DNA from: Candidatus Aenigmatarchaeota archaeon
GTDB taxonomy: Archaea; Aenigmatarchaeota; Aenigmatarchaeia; QMZP01
Reading direction: 5' to 3'
NCBI GenBank assembly: GCA_043824495.1
Contig: JBDRSV010000028.1
Coordinates: 1-10,344, forward strand
DNA: 10,344 nt
In this document: one piece after another, positions 1 through 6,164 of the stretch
Position numbering within the stretch: the stretch's first letter is position 1
Layout: every line of letters starts with the position of its first letter
Program-made: the position numbers and the translations under genes
The notes under the pieces: model-generated
Database searches by the model: none
What the model was told of the DNA's origin: nothing
The model's input: only the letters and a program-made list of their open reading frames with translations

Positions 1-540
1 CCTTATCCAGGATTTTATGGTTGTGAATTTGTGCAATTACCGTGGCCAGGAGTGAACACGAAACATGTTTCTTGTCCATACGAGACACCTGGGGCTGCAA
101 TAAACAACGCTCCTGATGCATTCTGTAAAACTGCAATGGGATCCCAATGGGCAGAAGCAGAAATCTGCAACGAACAAGGTATAATTTTATGTTTACATCC
201 ATGTGAGACAACTCCAGCTCATATAAAGGCTCAGAGATGTGCTTTTGAGGCTCAAAGAAACAGAGGAAACCAAGCACCTCCGCTAGATTGGTGTCCTCCT
301 GAAGACCCAGTAACACCTCCTCCATCAGGAGAAGGAAGACCAGATAATTGTGATGACACTGCTTATCAAGCACATCCAGGATATAACGGGAATGAGGCTC
401 TATGGGACGGTTACGCTGCTGATACAGATGGTGTATGTCAAACACGCTTCGGAACAGGCGTGCCAAGTGGTCCATGTGCACACACAGTACAGGTAAGCGT
501 GGGTGGAAATCCATATTACCTATGTTTCTACAATAACTAG
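1..540 (+). CDS. C-terminal part (5'-truncated) of a Cys/Pro/Gly-rich, probably secreted or surface protein
   Basis: Frame is open from base 1 (PYPGFYGCEF precedes the GTG at 31), so the real start is upstream of the window. 12 Cys in 179 visible aa, a PPEDPVTPPP linker, two similar D-x-x-C-x-T-x-x-G...C...LC modules, TAG at 538-540. Localisation is inferred from composition. Confidence 0.75.
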   Translation, partial: PYPGFYGCEFVQLPWPGVNTKHVSCPYETPGAAINNAPDAFCKTAMGSQWAEAEICNEQGIILCLHPCETTPAHIKAQRCAFEAQRNRGNQAPPLDWCPPEDPVTPPPSGEGRPDNCDDTAYQAHPGYNGNEALWDGYAADTDGVCQTRFGTGVPSGPCAHTVQVSVGGNPYYLCFYNN

Positions 541-567
541 TGTTTAGCCTCTCATTCTGTAAAGCTA

Positions 568-581
568 GAAACCTTTAAAAA
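568..581 (+). promoter_or_regulatory. Archaeal BRE/TATA promoter for rpl6-rpl32e
   Basis: GAAACC followed by TTTAAAAA (574-581), 50 nt before the rpl6 ATG. AGGAG ribosome-binding site at 613-617. Confidence 0.6.
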
Positions 582-623
582 GACCCTCTTCCATTATAGT
601 TATAACAGTTAAAGGAGACGAAT

Positions 624-1163
624 ATGTCCGAGAGAATAATTGAAATCCCTGATGGAGTTGATTTGAAGCTTGAAGGAAGAGAATTAGTTGTAAAAAGTGG
701 TAGCAATGAGCTTCGAAGAAGATTTTATAATTATCATGTCAAAATGGAAATCAAAGACGGAAAAGTACTAATCAAGACAGAAGAAGAGAGAAGAAAAGTT
801 AAAGCTGTTCTAGGTACATGGAACGCTCACGTAAATAACATGATTAATGGTGTTACTAAAGGATATGAAGCCAAGCTTAAGATAGTTTATTCACATTTCC
901 CTATCAAATTCGTTGTTAAAGGCGAAATTGTGGTCATTTCTAATTTCCTTGGAGAGAAAAAGCCAAGAACATCTTACATTATACCCGGAACAGAAGTCAA
1001 AATGGACAAAGATGAAGTTGTGGTCAAGGGAATAGACAAAGAAAAAGTTGGTCAAACAGCAGCTAATATAGAGACTACATGTAAGATCAAAGAATTGGAT
1101 AGAAGAGTATTTCAAGATGGATGTTTTATTACACAGAAACCAACTATTATAGAATCTAATTAG
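624..1163 (+). CDS. rpl6: 50S ribosomal protein L6 (uL6), archaeal type
   Basis: 179 aa with IEIPDGV, YSHFPI, NFLGEKKPR, GIDKEKVGQTAANIE and DRRVFQDG motifs typical of archaeal/eukaryotic uL6/L9. AGGAG SD upstream. Confidence 0.97.
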   Translation: MSERIIEIPDGVDLKLEGRELVVKSGSNELRRRFYNYHVKMEIKDGKVLIKTEEERRKVKAVLGTWNAHVNNMINGVTKGYEAKLKIVYSHFPIKFVVKGEIVVISNFLGEKKPRTSYIIPGTEVKMDKDEVVVKGIDKEKVGQTAANIETTCKIKELDRRVFQDGCFITQKPTIIESN

Positions 1164-1171
1164 GTGTTAAA

Positions 1172-1543
1172 ATGGAAATAAAAAAAGATCTTAAAATAAG
1201 AAAAAAGGCAAAGAAAAAGAAACCTGAATTCAAAAGACAGGAATATACCAAAAAGAAAAGATTAGAAACTAAATGGGTAAGGCCTAGAGGAAGGCATTCC
1301 AAATTAAGATTACAAAGGAAAGCAAGAGGTAGTTTACCAGGTCCTGGTTATTCTTCTCCAGCAAGTGTCAAGGGTTTAAATCCATCCGGATTTGCAGAAG
1401 TGATAGTTCACAGACCAGTTGATCTCGATGGTTTGGATCCAAAAACTCAAATTGCTGTAATTTCATCTGGTGTTGGCCAGAAAAAAAGAAATGATATAAA
1501 GAAGCAAGCAGAGGCCAAAGGTGTGAAAATTTCAAACGCTTAA
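1172..1543 (+). CDS. rpl32e: 50S ribosomal protein L32e
   Basis: KKPEFKRQE, WVRPRGRHSKLR, GYSSP, GLNPSG and VGQKKR motifs. AGGTG SD (1162-1166) overlaps the rpl6 stop. Follows L6 as in the archaeal spc cluster. Confidence 0.96.
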   Translation: MEIKKDLKIRKKAKKKKPEFKRQEYTKKKRLETKWVRPRGRHSKLRLQRKARGSLPGPGYSSPASVKGLNPSGFAEVIVHRPVDLDGLDPKTQIAVISSGVGQKKRNDIKKQAEAKGVKISNA

Positions 1544-1603
1544 ACTACAAATATTTAAGTGTGATATAATATAGTATATATTTAAACGGTTTTTTGTGAT
1601 ATT

Positions 1604-1762
1604 ATGTTCGAAAAAAAATGTCATTTGTGTGGAACTTCTGGTAAACGATGGGAAAGAGAAAAGGATGTTTTCTTTTGTCCAAACTGCTTATCAGTATTCT
1701 CAGTTTTCGGAGTAATAGCAGAACCACAGAAAGAAAAAGAGTTAATGAATTTTTGGAGTTAA
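1604..1762 (+). CDS. Small Zn-ribbon protein, 52 aa (not in ORF track)
   Basis: Hand translation: MFEKKCHLCGTSGKRWEREKDVFFCPNCLSVFSVFGVIAEPQKEKELMNFWS. CxxC-x15-CPxC motif; GTGAT SD at 1596-1600; TATA-like TTTAAG at 1554-1559. Confidence 0.75.
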   Translation: MFEKKCHLCGTSGKRWEREKDVFFCPNCLSVFSVFGVIAEPQKEKELMNFWS

Positions 1763-1771
1763 ACCATAAGC

Positions 1772-1779
1772 CTTAAAAA
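1772..1779 (+). promoter_or_regulatory. TATA box, probably for a leaderless transcript of the 1801 ORF
   Basis: CTTAAAAA begins 29 nt upstream of ATG 1801; no SD before that ATG. Confidence 0.45.
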
Positions 1780-1800
1780 GCCTAGAATTACTTTTTCTAT

Positions 1801-2319
1801 ATGAAACCTCTAACAGAAGATCAGTTTTACGAGGCTGCATGCAAAATTATTTCAGAATCAAGTGAGGCAAAGCTCGCTTCAAGTTCTCTTAAATCAGAAC
1901 CATCTAACATGGTGAGTTACTGGAAGAACAAATATCAAGAACATCTTTTAGAAGGAATACGAAACAAGAGAAAAAATATCAAATATGTCATTCCTAAGCA
2001 GAAGACCAAAATGATTCTGAAGAAATCAAATGCAGGGCCACTTCTTAGAGCTTGGAAAGACTTGGTAGACAATAATAGTGTTGACCTAAGATACACAGAC
2101 AAAAAATTTGATACTTGCATAATCGGAGGTAATATGGTATTGGTCAAAAAAGCTTCACAAAGATTTTTATATCCTATTGGATCAAAGGAAGGTCAAGAAA
2201 TAGTACAGAACTTCGATAAAGTCTTTATAACAGCATCAAATGATCATACACATTTATTCTCTGATATGGACAAGAAAACATTATATCAGTTTATACAAAA
2301 CAATGTAAATATTTTCTAA
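1801..2319 (+). CDS. Hypothetical protein resembling the TrmB-family C-terminal (PLD-like) effector domain, without an HTH
   Basis: 172-aa ORF. The pattern IISESSEAKL...NIKYVI...VDLRY...TCIIGGNMVLV...FDKVF..A follows the secondary-structure pattern of TrmB sugar-binding/PLD-like domains. No HKD motif. Family call is by eye only. Confidence 0.5.
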   Translation: MKPLTEDQFYEAACKIISESSEAKLASSSLKSEPSNMVSYWKNKYQEHLLEGIRNKRKNIKYVIPKQKTKMILKKSNAGPLLRAWKDLVDNNSVDLRYTDKKFDTCIIGGNMVLVKKASQRFLYPIGSKEGQEIVQNFDKVFITASNDHTHLFSDMDKKTLYQFIQNNVNIF

Positions 2320-2605
2320 GCTCTATTTTTCCATTTTTAATTTCTATTCCATCTTTTCTAAGTAGAGATATTTTTTCTTTTATCATCTTAGGGTCATTTC
2401 CTGAATATCCACCAATTGAACCATCTGATTTTACAACTCTATAACAAGGAACTTCAATTGGTGTTGGATTAACTTTTAGAGTTTGACCTATTCTTCTGTA
2501 AGCCTTTGTGTTCATTTTCTTTGCTATCTCTCTATAAGTTGTAACCTTACCTTTAGGTATTTCTGAAGTTAATTTCCAAACTCTTTCATTAAAATTCGAC
2601 ATCAT
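2291..2605 (-). CDS. ogt: MGMT/Ogt-family alkylated-DNA repair protein (C-terminal domain only), variant motif PCYRV
   Basis: IPKGKVTTYREIA, RRIGQTLKVNP and PCYRVVKSDGSIGGYSG match the 6-O-methylguanine-DNA methyltransferase DNA-binding/active-site domain. Start is uncertain: GTG 2611, ATG 2605 or ATG 2602. Confidence 0.88.
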   Translation of the reverse strand: MMSNFNERVWKLTSEIPKGKVTTYREIAKKMNTKAYRRIGQTLKVNPTPIEVPCYRVVKSDGSIGGYSGNDPKMIKEKISLLRKDGIEIKNGKIELRKYLHCFV

Positions 2606-2610
2606 GCTCA

Positions 2611-3498
2611 CTATAATTTTGTTGTTATAATTGGCTTATCCAGGACAATTATAGTGTGTTCTGCCTGAGCTATTTTTTTGTTGCTATTCTCTCTGAGAAC
2701 AGGGTAACTTTCTATTGCTCCTACATGTTCTAGTTGTCTCAAAGCCATTGAAACTTTTATTGGACTAAATTTTTTCTGTAACCATCTTTTTGCAAAAGGA
2801 AATTTTTCATATTCTTTTTCTGCAATTTCTAGAATTTTTCTAGCTTCAGGCAATCTCACAGATTTTTGTTGTAAGAATCTATAGATTTCTACCACATTAG
2901 ATTCTTTTACGTGACCATTTCCTGTTGTAACAAATGGCTCTATAGCAATCACTTCACCATCTTTTAATTCATAATCAGAATCATTTGCAATATTTGGAAT
3001 TGAAGGATGCCCATGGAAAACATATCTGTCAATTGTATGGCCAGTTAGATTTACAATTACTCCATAACCCAAAGATTTTGCAGTAGATTCAATTTTTTCT
3101 CCAATCTCACTGATAGTTACTCCAGGTTTCACAATACTAATTGCAGAGTCTAAAGTTTTTTCTACTGCTTCGATAAGTGGATTTTTTTCTGAACAATATG
3201 TAAATGCCATATCTCCAATATATCCATCTACATGAGTTCCAATGTCTATTTTCACAAGATCCCCCGGTTCTATTATTTTTTCATCTGTGTATGAAGGAGT
3301 ATAATGAGCTGCAATTTCATTGATTGAAATGTTGACGGGGAATGCTGGTTTTGCATCTTTTTCAAAAATAGAATTCTCAACAAAATTAGCTAAATCTAGA
3401 ATCCTCATTCCAGGTTTTATCATTTTTAAAACATCTCGTTTAATTTCAGCTCCAATTTTTCCGGCGATTTTATATTTTTCAATTATCTCTTGATCCAT
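2611..3498 (-). CDS. map: Type II methionine aminopeptidase
   Basis: PAFPVNISINEIAAHYTP, VKIDIGTHVDGYIGDMAFT, NLTGH, IAIEPF and AQAEHT metal-binding motifs with the type II helical insert. ATG 3498 (after GTGA SD-like site) preferred over GTG 3507. Confidence 0.96.
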   Translation of the reverse strand: MDQEIIEKYKIAGKIGAEIKRDVLKMIKPGMRILDLANFVENSIFEKDAKPAFPVNISINEIAAHYTPSYTDEKIIEPGDLVKIDIGTHVDGYIGDMAFTYCSEKNPLIEAVEKTLDSAISIVKPGVTISEIGEKIESTAKSLGYGVIVNLTGHTIDRYVFHGHPSIPNIANDSDYELKDGEVIAIEPFVTTGNGHVKESNVVEIYRFLQQKSVRLPEARKILEIAEKEYEKFPFAKRWLQKKFSPIKVSMALRQLEHVGAIESYPVLRENSNKKIAQAEHTIIVLDKPIITTKL

Positions 3499-3526
3499 GA
3501 AATTCACTTGAATAATTTATTTTTCA

Positions 3527-3540
3527 GTTTTAAATTTGTG
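3527..3540 (-). promoter_or_regulatory. TATA box for the map-ogt unit
   Basis: Minus strand reads CACAAATTTAAAAC; TTTAAAA starts 27 nt upstream of 3507. Confidence 0.4.
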
Positions 3541-3545
3541 TTTTG

Positions 3546-3593
3546 TATTTTTTTCTGTAAAAAATTCTATTTTTTTCTAAAAAATTTTAGAAA
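3546..3593. repeat. Imperfect 22-bp tandem repeat overlapping a 20-bp inverted repeat
   Basis: TATTTTTTTCTGTAAAAAATT (3546) and TATTTTTTTCTAAAAAATT (3568). Palindrome TTTCTAAAA-AA-TTTTAGAAA at 3574-3593. Confidence 0.4.
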
Positions 3594-3604
3594 TTTGTAG
3601 TTGC

Positions 3605-3612
3605 TTTATATA
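3605..3612 (+). promoter_or_regulatory. Consensus TATA box upstream of the Lys-rich micro-ORF
   Basis: TTTATATA is a consensus archaeal TATA box, 82 nt upstream of ATG 3687. Confidence 0.55.
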
Positions 3613-3686
3613 GGACCTCAACCAAATAGTAATTAAAAGCATCTAATGTTAATCCGATTAAAAATTTAAAGTTGGAGGTAATTAAA

Positions 3687-3755
3687 ATGGCAGCAAAGAA
3701 AAAGAAGACAGCAAAAAAAACAACAAAGAAAACAACAAAGAAAAAGAAGAGATAA
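3687..3755 (+). CDS. 22-aa Lys-rich basic micro-protein (not in ORF track)
   Basis: MAAKKKKTAKKTTKKTTKKKKR*. GGAGGT SD at 3674-3679 with 7-nt spacing, upstream TATA, downstream T-tract. Internal 12-bp tandem repeat AAAACAACAAAG x2 (3717-3740). Confidence 0.7.
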   Translation: MAAKKKKTAKKTTKKTTKKKKR

Positions 3756-3773
3756 ACGCTAACAACAACTTAG

Positions 3774-3788
3774 TTTTTTGTTTTCTTT
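3774..3788 (+). terminator. Oligo-T archaeal terminator candidate after the micro-ORF
   Basis: TTTTTTGTTTTCTTT 19 nt after the stop codon at 3755. Confidence 0.45.
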
Positions 3789-3900
3789 AGTTTAATTATT
3801 ATATTACTTCTATTGAATTTATTTACTGGCTAGCTAAAAGAATACAGTTTTATGACCAACAAAGAGCACAAATAAGTGAGTCTTTTAGATTTTAATCTAT

Positions 3901-4662
3901 TTATTTTATGTTTTTTAGAAGTTCTTCGTGTATTTTTCCATTTGTTGCAACAAGATTTTTTTTCGTTAGATCCCATTCATTTCCTTCAAAGTCTGTTACT
4001 TTTCCACCAGATTCTTTTACCAATAAAATTCCAGCTGCAACATCCCATGGTCTCACGTTATTGTAAATGAATCCACCAAATCTTCCTGCAGCAACAAAAG
4101 CTAATTCCAAAGCACCAGATTTCATTCTATCAAAATCTTTTGCAGCTTTTTTGAGTTTTCCAAAAATTTCTGATATTTTTTTCAAATCTTCATCTGTTTT
4201 TCCGTGACAAAAAGTAATTAAACACTTAGAAAGTGATTGTTCATCTGATACACTAATTTTTTTATCATTCAAGAAAGCTCCTTTACCTTTCTCAGCTACA
4301 AATAATTCGTTTATTATAGGAGCATAAATAACTCCGAGAATAATTTCGTTGTTTTTTGCTAAGCCAATTGATGTGTTAAAGAAAGGATTTCTAACGGAAT
4401 AATTTGTTGTTCCGTCTATAGGGTCTATAATCCATGTATATTCTGAACTTTTATTTTCCTCTCCAGATTCTTCTGAAAGAATATTATGATCAGGAAAATG
4501 TTTTTTAATTTCTGAAAGAATTATTTTTTCTGCTTCCATGTCAACATTTGTGACATCTTCTTTCAATCCTTTATCTTTTATGTGGTGAATATCACCAAAC
4601 TTCTCTACTAAAAGTTTACCTGCTTCTTTTGCAGCTTTGATTGCAACTTCTTTTTCATTCAT
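3901..4662 (-). CDS. suhB: Inositol monophosphatase / FBPase family protein
   Basis: ILSEE, WIIDPIDGTTNY, SGALELAFVAAGRFGG and PWDVAAG signature motifs. Confidence 0.94.
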   Translation of the reverse strand: MNEKEVAIKAAKEAGKLLVEKFGDIHHIKDKGLKEDVTNVDMEAEKIILSEIKKHFPDHNILSEESGEENKSSEYTWIIDPIDGTTNYSVRNPFFNTSIGLAKNNEIILGVIYAPIINELFVAEKGKGAFLNDKKISVSDEQSLSKCLITFCHGKTDEDLKKISEIFGKLKKAAKDFDRMKSGALELAFVAAGRFGGFIYNNVRPWDVAAGILLVKESGGKVTDFEGNEWDLTKKNLVATNGKIHEELLKNIK

Positions 4663-4682
4663 AGAAGAATATTTGAACTGTG

Positions 4683-4690
4683 ATTTAAAT
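4683..4690. promoter_or_regulatory. Palindromic TATA box in the divergent suhB / metallopeptidase spacer
   Basis: ATTTAAAT lies in the middle of a 50-bp spacer; TTTAAA begins 27 nt before ATG 4662 (-) and 29 nt before ATG 4713 (+). Confidence 0.55.
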
Positions 4691-4712
4691 TACTTGTAAT
4701 CATAAATTCTAC

Positions 4713-5081
4713 ATGCCTATAAGATATGAAAAAGCTATAGATTTGGAGAGCCAGATCATAGATATTTCACGTAAACTAGGTTTTGACCACATAGATCTAT
4801 CTAGAGTCATTTGTGTGAGAAGCTATGGCTCTAAAGCTAGAAGAACCCTGGCTAGGTGCCATACTCTACCAAGAATCATGCAAAAAGCCCTGGATAAGAA
4901 GTCACATTACGTGATAGAAGTAATAACTGAAAGTTTTGATAAACTCTCAGATGAAAATAAAACTAAAACACTTATTCATGAACTCATGCATATTCCAAAA
5001 TCCTTTAAAGGTGGATTTAGATTTCATGATCATGTCACAGATAGAAATGTGAATGAAATGTATAAGAGGTTAATTCAATGA
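4713..5081 (+). CDS. Putative zincin metallopeptidase (small archaeal/phage metallopeptidase-like family)
   Basis: HELMH (HExxH) preceded by YVIEVITESFDKLSDENKTKTLI, followed by HD. HIDLSRVICVRS and ARCH segments are typical of this small archaeal family. Confidence 0.78.
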   Translation: MPIRYEKAIDLESQIIDISRKLGFDHIDLSRVICVRSYGSKARRTLARCHTLPRIMQKALDKKSHYVIEVITESFDKLSDENKTKTLIHELMHIPKSFKGGFRFHDHVTDRNVNEMYKRLIQ

Positions 5082-5665
5082 TAGAAGAAGTCAGAAAAAT
5101 TGTAGAGAAAGAGTGTACAAGTAAAAAAGATTTGTATGACATAAAGAACTTCAATTGGGATTTTCATATTCTAATAGTTGTTAAATACGCCAAGTTACTA
5201 TCAAAAAAACTTAATTCTGATGAAGAACTAGCAGAATTGGGAGCTTTACTTCATGATATTGGAAGAGTTAAATTTGGAGGAAAATATCACGAAAAAACTG
5301 GTATATCGGAAGCGGAGAAAATATTGAAGGATGTTGGATATTCTCAGGATGTAATAAATGAAATTAAACATTGCGTTGAATCTCATAGAGGAAATGAGAA
5401 TACTCCAACTAAAACAACCACAGCAAAAATAGTAGCGAATGCTGATGCATTAGCACATTTTGACGTAATTCCGCTTATGCTTGAGATTGGTATCAGAAAA
5501 TATAATGGAGACATTAGAAAAGGTGCTGATTGGCTATACGATAAAATGAAGAGAAATTGGGATAAAAAAATAACACTTCCAGAAGCAAGAGAGTTAGTAA
5601 AAGATAAATACGAAGCTTTTATGATATTATTTGATTCTTATAGAGAGATTAAGCCTAGTCACTAG
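5078..5665 (+). CDS. HD-domain phosphohydrolase
   Basis: Full H...HD...H...H...D set (FHILIV, LLHDIGR, YHEK, SHRG, ANADALAH). ATGA overlap with the upstream stop; GAGGT SD at 5066-5070. Confidence 0.88.
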   Translation: MIEEVRKIVEKECTSKKDLYDIKNFNWDFHILIVVKYAKLLSKKLNSDEELAELGALLHDIGRVKFGGKYHEKTGISEAEKILKDVGYSQDVINEIKHCVESHRGNENTPTKTTTAKIVANADALAHFDVIPLMLEIGIRKYNGDIRKGADWLYDKMKRNWDKKITLPEARELVKDKYEAFMILFDSYREIKPSH

Positions 5666-6063
5666 CTCAAAGCTTCAATTGATTTTACAACGGCTTTAAT
5701 AGCATTGGATGCGTACTTATCAATTCTTTCTTCTGCCTGCTTTCTTGTTATATTAGGACCCATTATACCCAACGTAACAGGTTTATTGTATTTGAGAGAA
5801 AGCTTTGTCAAATAACTAGCAGTTGTTTGAGCAATTAGTTTATCATGATCTGTTCCACCCTGAATTATTATGCCTAGAACTACAACACCATCAATATCTT
5901 TTTCTAATAGAGATTTGACTATCAAAGGAGAATCATAAGATCCGAAAACTCTTTTAATGTCAATTATATCTACACCTAATTCTTTTGCCTTATGCTGGGC
6001 TGATTCCAGCATCTTATCTGTAAGTTCTTTGTAGAACTCAGCTACAACTATTCCTATTTTCAT
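5662..6063 (-). CDS. ribH: 6,7-dimethyl-8-ribityllumazine synthase, archaeal type
   Basis: IGIVVAEF, GSYDSPL, DGVVVLG, IQGGTDHD, KPVTLGIMGP and QAEER align with archaeal lumazine synthases; Phe and His active-site positions are retained. Confidence 0.92.
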   Translation of the reverse strand: MKIGIVVAEFYKELTDKMLESAQHKAKELGVDIIDIKRVFGSYDSPLIVKSLLEKDIDGVVVLGIIIQGGTDHDKLIAQTTASYLTKLSLKYNKPVTLGIMGPNITRKQAEERIDKYASNAIKAVVKSIEALS

Positions 6064-6083
6064 GAAAAACTTTTGTCAGGGGG

Positions 6084-6095
6084 TTTTAAAAAGTT
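6084..6095 (-). promoter_or_regulatory. TATA box for leaderless ribH
   Basis: Minus strand AACTTTTTAAAA; TTTAAAA starts 27 nt upstream of ATG 6063. Confidence 0.5.
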
Positions 6096-6134
6096 ATTTA
6101 CCCATAATCCGGAGAGTAACCTCTTTTCCAAGGA

Positions 6135-6142
6135 ATATAAAT
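6135..6142 (+). promoter_or_regulatory. TATA box for the leaderless DedA/VTT gene
   Basis: ATATAAAT; TATAAA starts 29 nt upstream of ATG 6165; no SD. Confidence 0.45.
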
Positions 6143-6164
6143 CCAATTAAATTCAAATATAATC

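Noticed and set aside
1-540. Higher GC (about 45% in two hand-counted lines versus about 27% in one rpl6 line) as a sign of horizontal transfer
   Set aside because: Explained by Pro/Gly/Ala/Cys-rich amino-acid content; no integrase, tRNA or boundary repeat was seen.
891-1115. 74-aa minus-strand ORF
   Set aside because: Antisense shadow of rpl6; no motif or start signal.
1611-1618. A8 run as a phase-variation or frameshift site (also 3713-3720)
   Set aside because: Both ORFs are intact in frame, and A-runs encoding Lys are common at this AT content.
1935-2147. 70-aa minus-strand ORF
   Set aside because: Lies wholly inside the longer 1801-2319 gene on the opposite strand; no supporting signals.
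3508-3686. Replication origin (DUE) in the AT-rich spacer
   Set aside because: No ORB-like G-string repeats and no cdc6/orc1 gene in the window.
3852-3875. 7-codon ORF MTNKEHK
   Set aside because: No SD, too short, expected by chance.
3876-4070. 64-aa plus-strand ORF
   Set aside because: Mostly antisense to the 3' end of suhB; Leu/Phe-rich composition is typical of shadow ORFs.
6064-6164. Possible FMN riboswitch or structured RNA upstream of ribH (small hairpin AGAG-TAAC-CTCT)
   Set aside because: No RFN consensus, the stem is only 4 bp plus G-U pairs, and ribH appears leaderless.
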